A stretch of 64,000 nt of DNA, taken from Clostridia bacterium (GTDB lineage Bacteria > Bacillota > Clostridia > Christensenellales > UBA1242). Location: the NCBI GenBank assembly GCA_016297915.1, contig JAEDFU010000006.1:3618-67617 (forward strand), read 5' to 3'. A model generated the notes under the pieces. It was not told the DNA's origin, did not search any database, and worked only from the letters and a program-made list of their open reading frames with translations. Both the position numbers and the translations under genes were made by a program. How positions within the stretch are numbered: position 1 is the stretch's first letter; each line of letters starts with the position of its first letter. Positions 39,000 through 53,300 of the stretch are shown in pieces.

Positions 39000-39012
39000 A
39001 AGGAGGAAAAGA

Positions 39013-41106
39013 ATGACTAGTACATTTAGATTAACTAGAGCTGAGTTCAAAAAGATTTTTAAACGAGCAAGTATATATATAATGGCATTACTTCTTGTCA
39101 TTGCAATATTTGTTTCGATGTACATGTTCAGCCCTATTGAACGAGTAGATAATACTATAAGTTACGGCGAAAACCTAACTGTTGAAAATTACTACAACAA
39201 CTTTTTCTCATCAGATTTGCCCGGAAGCAAAAACGATATTGACAAATCCTTTGAAAAAACCAACCAAATACTCAAATACTATCAGTTGTGTAATGAGAGA
39301 GATACCAACCTTAAGAAAAACTATGATGACTTTGTATCTGCATACGAAGAGTTAAAATCCACAACAGAACCTACACTAAAAGAGCAAAAATACACTTTGT
39401 TTAAGACTAGTTTAAACGCTTTTTATACAACACTAACTAGTTTTGACCAAATCAAAACATATCCTCATATCGCATACATTTTTGATACAAATCCAGATAT
39501 TTCTAGTAAACTTATCAAAAAATACTTTGCAAACACCAAGACATTGTTGACAAGAACTGAGACCGAAAATAGTACACAAATTGTTGAGACAGTTGAGACA
39601 AACAACTTTGTTCAAACAATAAAAGATGATTTGAATTCGGGTCTAGATTATGTTGCGCCTACAGCTCTTATTATGGCACAGGATATCAAGGATAGCTATG
39701 ATAGTTTCAATTCGGCAATCCTTGGAGGAACTGGTTCTAGTAACTTAAATAAAATTGAGATAGCCAGAAGATCAATGCTTGTCAGTGTTCAAAATTTAAA
39801 AGATTATCTTGATATAATCCTTGATTACGGCTACCCTGTTGTACTTATAAACAAAGAAACCAAAACACAGATTTACTCGCACATGGATGATGTAATCGAA
39901 AAGATTACAACTGGCTTTGACGGAATTCCAAAGAGTATTACAAATTATATAAATCTCAATAATAACTTGATTGAGGTTGACTTACCAAATTATTATACCA
40001 AAGCTTTTGCTATCAAAGAAAATTTGCTTACTCAAGTGAGACTATCATATTCTAATCTCGAAGAATTTGACAAAGTAAAGATTAAAGTTGAGACCAACAA
40101 AGCAGAGCTTATAAATATCATCAAAAAATATCGTTCGGATGAAACTATTAGAAATATCCAAAACAAAATAACCGATTATAGCTTGCTTGCTTACGCATAT
40201 AATGATTATCTTTTGGATTCGACTAAACTTGCTATTAGCAAACAGTTTAGGTCAGTTGACTTTGTCCAACTCTACAACTATAACTTAAATGAATTTAACA
40301 ATTATAGCACTAGCGAGAGAATTGTTGCTAATAAGTATTACATTCAAAACAATGTATACTCTAGATCATTTAATACAAACTTTTCGTTCAATCAAAATAG
40401 CGGAAAGTCAACAAACGCATTTGACTTTATGTACTTTGCTATGGAGATTTGCACTGTTTTGATTATAATATTTGCCATGATGTTGGTTTGCAGTCTTATC
40501 ACTCAAGAGACTGAGAGTGGCACTATTAAGTTACTCCTTACAAGACCATACAAAAGATCCAAAATTGTAACAGCCAAATTATTTGCAACAATATTCTTTG
40601 TATTGTGCTTCATGCTATTTAGTGCGATTATTTGCTTTGCTGGTGGTTACTTTGTATTTGGACTTGATATGTCAAATGTCCTTATGATATTTAATGCATC
40701 TAGTGCTGTATCAATATCCCCACTACTACTCATGCTAATCAATTTGTTAAGCTTGACACTCGATGTGATATTTTATGTAATAATTGCACTCATGATATCT
40801 ATACTATTCAAAAATTACGCAGGTTCAATATCGTTCTGTTTTGTAATACTACTTATAACATTTACACTTAATATATTGTTCTCAGGAATGTTCTGGTATT
40901 CACTGCTTCCTGGAATGAACCTACATTTGTTCAAATACTTTGGCAATTCATTTGTATCACTTGCCGAGGGCTCAGTTATCCAAAACATCTTGATAACCCC
41001 TATACAGAGTACTATGAATGTTTTGTATAGTTTCTTGATAACTCTTGCCTACTCTGCAATTGCTCTTACAATTGCTTACTCAGTATTTAATAAGCGTGAC
41101 TTTTAA
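39013..41106 (+). CDS. ABC-2 type transporter permease with a ~430-aa extracytoplasmic domain between TM1 and the C-terminal TM bundle
   Basis: AGGAGG RBS. Translationally adjacent to the ATPase. One N-terminal TM, a long polar domain, then 5-6 TM helices in the last ~230 aa. Confidence 0.75.
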   Translation: MTSTFRLTRAEFKKIFKRASIYIMALLLVIAIFVSMYMFSPIERVDNTISYGENLTVENYYNNFFSSDLPGSKNDIDKSFEKTNQILKYYQLCNERDTNLKKNYDDFVSAYEELKSTTEPTLKEQKYTLFKTSLNAFYTTLTSFDQIKTYPHIAYIFDTNPDISSKLIKKYFANTKTLLTRTETENSTQIVETVETNNFVQTIKDDLNSGLDYVAPTALIMAQDIKDSYDSFNSAILGGTGSSNLNKIEIARRSMLVSVQNLKDYLDIILDYGYPVVLINKETKTQIYSHMDDVIEKITTGFDGIPKSITNYINLNNNLIEVDLPNYYTKAFAIKENLLTQVRLSYSNLEEFDKVKIKVETNKAELINIIKKYRSDETIRNIQNKITDYSLLAYAYNDYLLDSTKLAISKQFRSVDFVQLYNYNLNEFNNYSTSERIVANKYYIQNNVYSRSFNTNFSFNQNSGKSTNAFDFMYFAMEICTVLIIIFAMMLVCSLITQETESGTIKLLLTRPYKRSKIVTAKLFATIFFVLCFMLFSAIICFAGGYFVFGLDMSNVLMIFNASSAVSISPLLLMLINLLSLTLDVIFYVIIALMISILFKNYAGSISFCFVILLITFTLNILFSGMFWYSLLPGMNLHLFKYFGNSFVSLAEGSVIQNILITPIQSTMNVLYSFLITLAYSAIALTIAYSVFNKRDF

Positions 41107-41109
41107 ATA

Positions 41110-41165
41110 AAAAAAGACCGAATATTTTGATGTAATTTACATCAAGACAAATCGGTCTTTTTTGC
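41110..41165 (+). terminator. rho-independent terminator after the ABC permease
   Basis: AAGACCGA...TCGGTCTT outer stem with an inner TTGATGTAA/TTACATCAA hairpin, followed by a T-run. Confidence 0.75.
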
Positions 41166-41280
41166 TTGTCTTTGCATATTAACGCTTGTTGGTATGCTTT
41201 TGGGGTCAATAAATACTTAATATATCTTATTCAAAAAGATATTGCAAAAATACATGCGACAATTTTTGTATAGTAGATGC

Positions 41281-41328
41281 AAAAAACTAATGGAGCGGTA
41301 AATTTTACCTGCTTCATTAGTTTTTTTT
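41281..41328 (-). terminator. terminator of the giant minus-strand gene (bidirectional design)
   Basis: CTAATGGAGCGGTAAA / TTTACCTGCTTCATTAG imperfect long stem flanked by A6 and T8, 4 nt downstream of the giant ORF stop. Confidence 0.7.
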
Positions 41329-41331
41329 GCA

Positions 41332-44300
41332 TTACATATTTGTTGAACTATGATGTAAGTAATATTCGTAAGGTTTGTTGATAGTTACACTAAATTCAAC
41401 ATCTCTTGTAATTGTATCAAGTGTAAATGAGCCTAGACTATTTACATTGCAATTACTTGTATTTATTGTGCTAATAATATCATATTGAGTGTAATCTGCA
41501 AGTTTGTAATTATCGTTTAGCGTTGGATTATGTGAAACATTTTGGTTAAGTGTCACATAAGTGTTTTGAGTGTTATTTAGATAATACATTGGATAGAAGA
41601 TATATATCTCGTAAGTTCCATATGCGTCGATTGTTGTAGTAACGCCTGCAGTCTCACCAGCTACATCATAAAGTCCATTGTAAATATTCTCAAACTTAAA
41701 CGATTGATTGTTGTGCAAATTAACTGAATATGCATAATCAACAACACCTGAATTATCTTTGTGAACAAGAAGTATTGTCATATAATCGCTATCTTGAACG
41801 CCGTCTGTTCCTGCATCAGCAGTAAGAGTTGCATTGACGGTTACATTGAATACTCTTTCATTAAATGTAATTACAAGTCCATAATTTACGCTATCAATGT
41901 TTTGTGAGATTATAATATCTGCATTGTCATTTGTTGCATATTCGGTGTATCTAGTTTGATCCTCAGTAATTGTTACGCCATCAACTTCAGTACCGGCTTT
42001 GGTTAATTCGCCAAATAATGTAGAAGTAATAAGTCCAGTGCTTGTGTTGGAAACAATGAAATTACCAACCTCATTTGTTATTATCGAATAAGTAAACTTA
42101 AGTTCTGTAGTTGACTCAAAATCTTGAGAATCAACGATATCACCATATAATGATTCAACCTTACCGCTAGCATTTGTAAATAAGATATCATTGTTATCCA
42201 TATTCAAATTACCAAGCTGATTGGTGTCATCACCATACTTGTATGGATTGTATACTATTACATCAATGTCTGTTGTATCGCCACCATAGATTGATCTAAG
42301 TACTGGATAATCCCAGTTGATATGATTAATATAGATCCAAATATCATCAAAGTCCCAAGTACTTTCTTTCTTGAATTTATTTTGACTTCGTAAGTCACTA
42401 CTTGATATTTGAATAATGTTGTTTGTTACATCGCTTGATGCATTGCTTGTTGTATTTACAAGTCCTACGCCAATTTTTGGAGTACTTGTTGTATCTACAA
42501 GATAGTAGTTTTTGGTTACTGAATAATTTGTTGCATCAGAACTAATTGCATTAATAACTCTTGCATTTCCGTTTGTCAAATTAAATTCTGTCGCTACATA
42601 GTTATTAATTACTTGACCATTATTAGATAGCCTTAGAACCAATCCAGCAATACTTTCCAAAGCACCATTATAGCTATTTACTTGACCTTTGACATAGTTA
42701 TTAAGAACACTACCCTCAACAAATAGTGCATAAGCGCTATGTCCGTCACTATAATTGTAACTATTTATAATACCATTGAAATATGATTCTTGAAGTTTTG
42801 TGCCATTATTTACATTTGCAACCATACCGCTTGCATTTACATAACCATTTAGAGCCCAGATGCTTCCGCCTAAATCGCCACCAAACTCATAACTTTCGTG
42901 TAATCTATAAGTTCCGTCATCTTGCAAAGCATATCCAGTAACTGATGAACCAGTAACTATTGTGCTATCTGAAATCTCATGTGCAAGACCAGAAACTATA
43001 GTATTATTAGAATTATTGATATCAAAGTTATTGTATCCGTAGATATTACCACTTATGTAGTTACAATTAGCAATACTTGATGTTCCGCCAATTGTTCCTA
43101 CAATTGTAGCACCGCTAGTTAGCGTCAAGATATCTACATCTACAAAGTCAAGACCTCTAATTATAGAATTAGAAATTTGATTTACAAATGATGATTTGAT
43201 AGAAATCTCATCACTTCCGATTGCAATATTGACATTACTATCAATAGTCATTCCCTTGATAACTACATTGTCAACATCAGCATCTTCAAGAAGATCAGAT
43301 GCGACAATATTATTTGCATCCTTGCCAATACCAATAATATTAAATGAGTTACTATGTACACTATTGATTGGAGTGAAGTATCTTCCGCTCAAGTCAATTG
43401 GTGTGCTACTTGCAATTACAAATGTTTTGCCCTGTATACTTGAGTTATTATAAATTGATGCTCTAGATAGCCATGCAATATCATCTGCACTATCCAAGAT
43501 GTAATAATCATCTGTGCCAATAGTCATCTTGAGTGAGTCAAGAGTAATGCTCTCGATACCGGATTTTTCAATCCATAGACCATTGTCTACAAGAGGATTA
43601 GTACTTGAATAATCATTTACACCAAGAGTTGCAAAACCGCTTGTCTTTTCGAACTTAAACTCTGGATAGTCGGTCGAAGAGTAAGCATTAAGGATGTTTC
43701 CAATATCGTTACAAATAGCATTGGTTGTAGTTGTATTTTCAATTGTTCCTAGACTTACAACATTATATACAAGTACATCCTTGTTAGTTGTATCTATATT
43801 ATAAGAAATACCTTGAATTAACTTATCCTTGCCTGATACAAAGTTTAGACCGTTTTTGATATAGCTTAGGTTTCCTAAATTCTTGGAGTTAATAATTTGT
43901 CCATGATTTTCACCAGCAATTCCGCCAAAGGCAACAATTGATTGGTTATTTGAACAATTATCTAATGTGTAATTTAGAGTTGCGTTATTTTGAGCATTGC
44001 TAATAATACCATTATTGATACCAGCAATTCCGCCAAATACATAGGTGTATTTGTTTGCAGAAGCAATCAAATTATTATTGTTCTCAATCAAATACTTAGA
44101 TATGTTGTCGTCTGAATTGTTGACAACGATATTATTTAGTCTGCCATTGTTTTCGGCAACTAATGCCACAATAGATTTGTTAATTCCAGTTTGATTGCTT
44201 TCTGATGCTACAATATTTAGTCCATTAAATTTTAGTCCAGTGATTATCCCTTGGGTTTCAAGAGTATTAATCAAGCCAAACTTAGTAGTATTTGTAGTAG

Positions 44301-47300
44301 TATCAACATTTGACATACCATAAATATAATCTGCATTTGATACTTCATTTGCATGTCTACTTGTTATACCCAAAGACAAGTGAGAATCTAGTAGAACATT
44401 ATTAAATGCATATCCATTGCCGAATATAACTCCTGCAAATCTATCTAGACTTGGAGTAAATCTGCTCTCAAAGTCTATATCGTTTGTAACTACAAAGTAA
44501 GTTCCAGCAAAGTAATTATTACTACTGCTGTTATTTACTATATAGCCCCAATCGCTTGCTTTGGAAATTCTATATGGATTTGTCTTAGTTCCGCCACCTT
44601 GCAAAGTTGTGGACGAAGGCGCATCATTCCAGTAATGTCTTACAAAGTTTACATGAAGTTCGATATTACCAACTACATTGCCAATATCAATCTTATAACT
44701 ATAAGTCATATCCCCTGTTGGATTACCATTTGACAATACTTGTTCGTCAGTTCTTACATAATTTAGTGTTGTCGCATTATTAATTAGAACGCCACCAGAA
44801 TATTTTTGAACTACAGGCAAGTAATTAGTTGTAATCTCCGCCTTGTTACTTGTCCAACTATGTGTGGTTGGGTTGTAATATATTCTTGCAGTGTCAGTAT
44901 CTTTGTATACATAATACTTAACGCAACACTTATCTAGAATATACTTGGCTGTAGGAGTGATTGTTATAGTTATACTTCTTCCGTGTCTAACTTCGCTTGT
45001 AATATCTGTTCCTTGCAAAATATTAGTGCTAACAGTGCTAGATATGATATCCGGAGCAGATACTACACCATTTGTAGTGTTATACTCCAAATCTGCACCG
45101 CTATCAACTATAGTGTTGACATAGTGCTTGCTTGGAATATAATTAGCAACAATCATACTATCAGAGTAGTAAGCATGAGTAATAATCTCTCTATGGGTTA
45201 TAAGTTCCAAAGTCTCACTACCCACAATTATTTGATTGCTTACAATATCCTCGTTTTTAGTTTGATCATCAAATCCTGTAAATCCAGTGAATGTATATGT
45301 TTCTTTGGTGTAAGTGTTAAAGTTTACATATGCATTGTGGTCTACAAACATCTTAGTTGTAAATGTTGTTCCAATATAGTCAGTATTAGTAAGATTACTA
45401 CCGCTGTTGTATGCCAAATTTGTTCCAGCAAGTGAATATACACCTGCGTCGAGCTCAGCTAACTTCAAAGCGCCGTTTTCGTATACATAGTACTGGGTAT
45501 TATAACTTTGGGTAGATACAGTACCGTTATTATCTTTGTCTCCCAAATTGTTCTGATTAATCTGATATGCAGATTTGGTTTGAGTGTCACCAAGCTCTAA
45601 TACGGCTTTTTGAGTATCAGTAATCTGCTCATAACCATTTATATATGCGATTGGATAATCAGAACCAATGTCAGGGTTGACATTAAACTTAACTTGAACA
45701 AGCCATTGTTTGATAAGAGATACTACATACTCACCGCTTGTCTCAGCTGTTGCTACAAATTGAATGCTTAACTTACCGTCAGCAATTGTGTAAGCAAACT
45801 CATTTTGGACGCCAGTTTCACCAAACATAGTGTATTTAGCTTCGTTATACTTATTGTTAAGTGCAAACTTATTTGTGCTTGTCTCAACACTATTAACAAT
45901 TGTCTTGTTGTTGTCTAGATAATTTAGTCCATTGCCATCGTCCAAAGTCTTGTCTGCTTTGAGCATCCAATAGTCTACTCTAATATTAGCAAACTCTTGA
46001 GCAATAACAGCTGATGCTAGAGATAATTCAATATTAACTACACTTCCATGTGGAATATTTGTAAGTGTTGGATTTGTACTTGAAACTGTAGCATTATTAG
46101 TATTTTCGCTAATCTTAATAGCATCTACAAGTTCGTTTGAATCATTAGATGTATTTATAGTGCTAACAGAGATATCATATGTATCAATATCCTCTCTTAT
46201 CTCTATGTAATAATCAAATCTGTTGCGGTCATATATATTACTTACATTAGATGATGGATTAAGTTCCATTTGAACGCCAAGTTTCTTGCCACTGATGTCT
46301 TGAACATCGCTAATTCTTGTGTAAGTGTTGGTTACATTATCAATAGCGGATGACTTGTGACCAAGTGTTATTGAAGTTACATGTCTATAGATTATAGATG
46401 TAACTCTTAGATTGACTTGCGCGCCTCTATAAATGTATATAGTTCCATTTGAATTGATTACAACATTGGTTATTGTTACAAAGTTATTAGAAATAGTTGT
46501 TGCACCATTTTGTCTAATACTTGTTACGCTATTATCTATATCTACTACATAATTTGGAGATATAAGAACTAGTTTATCCTTGTTTTCATTTGACTCTTTA
46601 TCATAAGTAAAGTACCTATCTGTCAAGTCATTTGAATTTAGTAATGTATAGTCGTCACCGTATGGCAATCTTACGATATAATCGTTAAATTGCTTAAATA
46701 CAGGAAGTCCATTGTTTACATCAGAGTAAATACTCCATACATTTGTATAATCCCATGTGCTTGTTGGGAAGTTGGCTACCTTAACAATTTCGCTTGATGA
46801 TCTTGAAAGTACATCATTAAGAGTACTTGCGCCACCAGATACAACAACATCTGTTGTACTGTAGTTACTTAACCCCATGCTTTTTACACTAGATGATAGC
46901 CATACTGCGTGAGATAATTGTACTTCGCCACTAGAAACATTGTTTGCAAGATTGGCAACGCTAAATGATGCTGTATTTGTTACTTTGACAGAGATGGTCC
47001 CTGCATTGTAAATATTTGATATAGTAGTCTTAGTAGTGCTATTGATTCCTATAACACCAGCAATGCTTTGGTTGCCACTAGAGTCATCAGACATCATTAT
47101 ATTACCTACAAAGTACATATTTGCAAGAGTATTGGTTGTATCTGCACAAGCAATTACACCATATGCTCGCTTGTATCCCAAAATATCTGCAGAGCTACCA
47201 AGATTATTAGTATTGGCAGATGAATTTACTTTGGCTACAACAGCCGATACATAATCTGTACCAACAATGATGCCGTCAGATATAACTGTCTGTAATACTG

Positions 47301-50300
47301 CACTATTTGTACCTACTGCACCGGCAGTAAACTTGGATGTGGAAATAATATCTGCTACAACTGATACATTGCTTATAGTACCCAAATTGTTTGCAACTAG
47401 TGCAGATGTACTATAGTCGCTACTGTCTACTACCGATAGATTTGAATTAACGATATGGAAGTTATCTACAAACAAACTATCAATAGTGCCGTGGTTTTCA
47501 AGAATCAATGCCAAATCATAATAAGTTGTTCCACTTACTACAAATCCCATTGAAGCATATAGATATAGGTTGGAAATCTTGTAATTGTCTCCGTCCAAAT
47601 TTGCCTTAAACGATACAATTGGATTTAGATACAATCCTTTGAGATCAATATCTGCAGTTAACTTATAGTAAACAGTACTTTCGTTGTTTCTGTTGTTATT
47701 CATATTGTTCATAAACAATACAAAGTCGCTAGCACTAGATATCTTGTATGGGTCAAGTTTTGTTCCAGTTCCAGCAAGAGTGCTAGAACTTGTACTCATA
47801 TCAACTATTGCCGATACTTGTTTCAAATATCCCAATATACTCGTATTTGTCGAATTATTCTGCCAAATACGGGAATCAAGACCAAGCTCATCAACATTTA
47901 GTTGACTAACTGTCTTACTAGTTGCGTCATTTACGACTTTGGATGCAACTAAGAAATTAGTCTTGCCATACTTGCTAATGTCGCCAATATTAAACATCAT
48001 ATCACTATCTGCTACACCACTATTTACATGATGTACATTGCTCTTAAGAATTGCATCTTTGGCATTTGCAAATCTTAGAGTTGGATTAGAGATTGTGACA
48101 TTTGTATTTGTCTTATACTGACTTTGTCTATTTACAAAGGCATATGAATTATAGATTTCACCAAAGTAATCAGACAAGCCTATCATTGCACTCACACCAT
48201 TGTGATTTGCAACAAAGTTTACATTAATTACCTCAGTTTGATTAATTACAAACATATAATCTGCTACACCAATTACACCACCAAGAGCAACCTTGTCGCC
48301 CATATGTGTTGTTTTGATACTATAGAGAGTTGAGTTTGTAATATGTAGGTTGTCAATATAAATATTCTTTGCATTACCTACGACTGCACCAACTGCGTAA
48401 GCCAAGTCAGTTGAAATATCCATTGCGTCAAAGTTTAGTCCAATTAATCTTGCATTACTCGAGTTTGCAATAAATCCTACATAGTTACTAATAGAATTAG
48501 TTTGCTCGCTAAATGAACCAGTAAGATTTTTAGACATAAGCTCAATTGTAATTCCATTGATGCTACCAGTGTTTGTAACTTCGTTTCCGCTAAACATCAC
48601 ACCATCAAACTGACTAATTGGAAGCCAGAATTTGTGGGACATGTCTAAGTTATTTGAGATACGATAGTAAGCATCTTTGAAATAATGTGTAGCTGAACCC
48701 ACTTGATATGATGCATTAGTATCATTATTAAGTAAGTGAGCAAGCCAACCAAGTTTGTAAGGATTGTCTATTACAAATGCAGTATTTTTGGTTAAACCGT
48801 CAGTGCCAGATGTATTTTCAAACTGGAACATTGCCTTGATTGCATCCAAGGTTTGTCCGCTTGTAATAGTTGGAGTTGTATTATTAAACTTAGTCGAGTC
48901 GGTTGTGTTTCCACTAAGTTTACCACTGTAGTAATTAGGAATATTTGTATCAATACCTAATTGATCAAAGTAAGAATAGTAGTCTTTTTTGTACTCAATG
49001 TCAATTGAGACTTTTTCGTCAATAACTGTAATCTTACCATAATCATAAGTATAAGTTTTGGTCATACGATATGTAGTACTATTTAGGCTTAATTTGTATG
49101 ACAAATAGCCCTTTTCTCTCTCACCCAAACTTTCTGACTCAGTACTACTTTCGTCTAAGTATGAGGTGTATTTTGGACTAGGAATATCGTTTCCGTTAGA
49201 ATCCTTTTGGGTATCTTTGTTTGTCCTATTTGCGATAATACTATCATTTTCGTCGGTTAAACGATAATTTTCTTTGGTTGTAGAAACAATCTGAGCAGTA
49301 TGTCCGTCTGGCATTTGTGATGAGATAATTACATTGTCACCACTGAGCATGATAGAAACATTAAGTGCTCTACCCATAGCAATAACAGATTGTGTTACTG
49401 CATTAGCTGTGATTTCGCTATAAGTATTGCTTGTACCAAATGCGTACTTGAGTGTACCATTATCGTTTTTGATAGATATAATCTGACCAGAGATTGTATC
49501 TCTTCGGATAGACAAATGAGTCTCTTCCATGTTTTCGGCATTATGTATATTATATGTAAAGTCATATAGTTTGTCTATCATATAGAAGGCATACTCACCA
49601 ACTGTGCTAAGTGGATCACTTGGACTTGTTGAGTCATAGTTCAAATCAAATATAATGTTTGTGACATATGTATTGTTTTGAACAAACAAACTAGAGTTGT
49701 TTACACCAAATATACCTCTTGACAATTGAACTGTGTCATCGTTAAAGTAATGTTTTTGACCATTTTCAATATAGTAGATAGCACTTATTGCTTGATTCTC
49801 TATCTCGTAATAATATGTTTGGAGTGTGCCAGTTGCAGTATTGTAGAATCTTCGAGCAAATTTTCCGATAAGTGTACCGGATTTTTCGCCCTTAATCTCA
49901 ATTGTCATTTGCGAGCCAGCGCTAACAATATTACCAGGAGTTATATCATAAGTTCCATTATCATCAGTGTAAGTAAGTACAGCGTTATACTTAATTGGAT
50001 AAGTTGTACCATTGATTGTTACTGTTTTTGCAGTCAAGTTTGCAGGATAACTTGTATTGTTGTAAGTAACTGCTCCGTCTACTACTGGATATGTTGAAAT
50101 TCCAATTTCAATATATCCATATTCGCAAACATTTCCACCACTTACACATGTTGTACTGTCATAATCAAATGGATGATTTGTATCATAATTGCATATCAAG
50201 TTTCCGTTTGAATCATAACAACTGCTTATATGTTCGTGATAATGTAGCCCAGTAGCAACAGCCGAAGTATAGATGTATTCAACTACTGGATAGTAATAAC

Positions 50301-53300
50301 CCTCTATCGCTTTGTCAGATACAACTGTCAATGTTGCCTTGGTTATAAATGGAGTTGATATAATTCCATTATTCATTGTAATAGTTGATGTAGTAATTGA
50401 TGTTGACTCAATTAGTGAACTATTACTATTTAGAATATCACCTATCAAATCAATTCCTGAATTTGTACTATTGTACTTGATGTAAGAAGTAGATTTGAGC
50501 GACTCAAATGTAGATGATGTATCGCTATTTGGTCTAAATACCCAACCAAGTAACCTTGTAGCAACATAAGAATTTGCACTTCCAACATAAGGAGTTGCCT
50601 CAAATGTGAATGAAATCTTGCTATTTGGGGTAGAAGCGTTGGTATTTGTGTAGTAATATTCTTTGGTAGATTTAGTCAAGTACCAAGTATCTTGAGTATC
50701 ACTATTATTATTGTATCTTTGGGAGTTGCCAGACAAGATATTTGTCTTGTTTGTGCCATTTACATCAACAATTGTACCTGTTGCTGTAACTGTTCCCATA
50801 GCGTTGCTACGACCACTTTCTCCAGATACTCCGTTGATACCTGTTCCAAAGTAATTGAAGTTTTTGGACAAAATAACTCTTATTACATGTTCGTTTGTAC
50901 GAGCATATGTAATATCACTCTCAGCAAAACCATTAGTAGTCGAAATGTAAGACAACACATCAATATCCTTTGAAGTAGTTGCATTATCATTAGTTCGATA
51001 ATTGTATTGGTATCTTCTAGACTTGCCATCAACCGAAATTTCTACTATGTGGAAGTTAGTAAGAGGAGCTATGGTTATTTGATATTTGTTGGAAGTATTC
51101 GTCGTAAAGTCGTGCAATGTCTTGATGTAATAGTCCATGGAATTTGAAGTATGTTTACTTTCGTTTTTTGTTCCATAGATTATTTGGTCAAAGCCTTGAT
51201 TGTTTGTAAGAGTAAATGTATTTGCTACATCTTCGCTTGTAACAAAGTCAATACCCTCAACCACAATTTGAACCTTGACATTGTGTGAATTTTTGTTTCC
51301 AATTAACATTGGATATGGATAATCTGTATCCGCATTATTTATTGTTTGATAATACCAAACATTTTCAAAATCAAATCCGCTTGGCTTAGAACCAGTTTCT
51401 TTGAGATTGTCACTAGAAATAACTTCTGCATTGGCTAGAGGCAAATTACATGTGCCACTTAGCATATATGCATTAGTTTTTGTTACCGTTCCACTGCTTA
51501 GACCATTGGTCGAAGTAATTCGGAATGTCGCACTTGAGTAGAAGTTATTAACAGTAAGATTAGCACCACTGCCAGATAATGCATAAGCTTTGGACGATGA
51601 ACTTGTAGATTTTTCAAATTCATTGATACCAGCGCTATAATTGATTCCAGCATTGTTTCCACCAAAGTAAGCATCGTTTACAACTGTTGTTGTGTGCTTA
51701 CCAATAATTCCACCAAAGTATGAAGAATTATTGATGTAATTTGTATTGCCATAAGTATTGATTGTAGCCGATGAATGAACTTTGTTTAGACTTGTACCAT
51801 TTTGCAATCCAACTATACCACCAACGAATTTTGGTGATTGAGTATTTTTGCCAAATGCACCAACATTTATGTCGCCTACAAATTCAAGTTCGTATACATC
51901 CCTATTATTAGTACCAATCAATCCACCAACATAAACTTCATTCAAATCTGAGTCGTTGATGTTGATATCAATTGTTCCATTTACACTACAAGAATAAATG
52001 TCACCATTATTGATACTAGCAATAACGCCATAACTACTTGGTCTGTAAGTTGCAGTTGCACCTACTAACATATAAACATTTGCAAGATTTAAGTTTTTGA
52101 CAACCCCAGAATTTTCGCCAAACAATGAATTTGAGCGGTTTGCTCCAGAGCTATTAAAACTAGAATCATATTCGTGCAATGTGATATTAGAAATTGTATA
52201 ACCTGCACCATTGAATGTATATCCGCTTGGCAAGTTAACAGTCTTCCAAACATCACCACCAAAGTTGATATTAGATGTAAGTCTAAGTTCTACATACTGA
52301 TTGCTTGCATCAATTTTGTTTAGGCTTGCGACAAGCTCTTCCTTAGACGAAATTGCAACAATTACTGGAATTTCCTCAGTGCCACCAGTGTGGTCAGCAA
52401 CAGATACACTACCCGAGATATAAGGTGTAGTACTTGCAAGTCTTAGTGTTCTGTTGTTTGAATTTGGATTAACCCAACGATTTCCAAAACTGCTAATTCC
52501 TGCAGTGCTCTCCATAACTGAGCGGTTGTTAGAACTGCTAAAGAACTCATTTACATATACATTTTTGTAGATAAACTCGCCATTACCAATTTCGTTGCTA
52601 ATTGGATGACTATTTGAAGATGTGTTAGAGCCACTGATATACATGTAAATATCTTCGATATAAACACTAGCAGATGAATTTGAGCTTATCAATGCAGCAG
52701 AATAACCAGTCATTACAGAAGATAATCCGCCATCATCAAAATTAATATTGGATAGATATTGTGATGTTGCACTACCTGAACTTGTTACAATTGGTTTGCC
52801 TAAATCTGTACAATTGCTATGACCGATTAAGTACGAAGCATAGATGTTTGATGCACCATTTACATATATGTCTCCATTAATCAAAGCATTTTTGATAACA
52901 TTATATCCAGTTGTTTGACCAATTGCTCTAGCAAAGTAGTAGTTTACAGATCTTGATGTTGATGATTCAACATTATAAGAGATATACCCCAAATCAATAT
53001 CTAGCAAAGTAGTATTATTGGCAATACCAATTATTCCACCATGATATTGATTAGCCGAGTTGAAATAATTGTAATCTAATCCGTCGAATTTGACACCCTC
53101 AATTGTTGCACCATTACTTGTACCAATAAATGACATTGAAAGATCTCGATTGAAGTTGAAAGTCTCACCAGTTAGGTCTGATGCATAGGTATAAGGATCT
53201 TTTTCGCTTCCGTCAGTATAAATATTTTTAAACGAAGGAGTATTTGTGCTAGCTGTCAATGGAATACTGCTATTTAGCATAATATTCTTTTGACCAGCTG

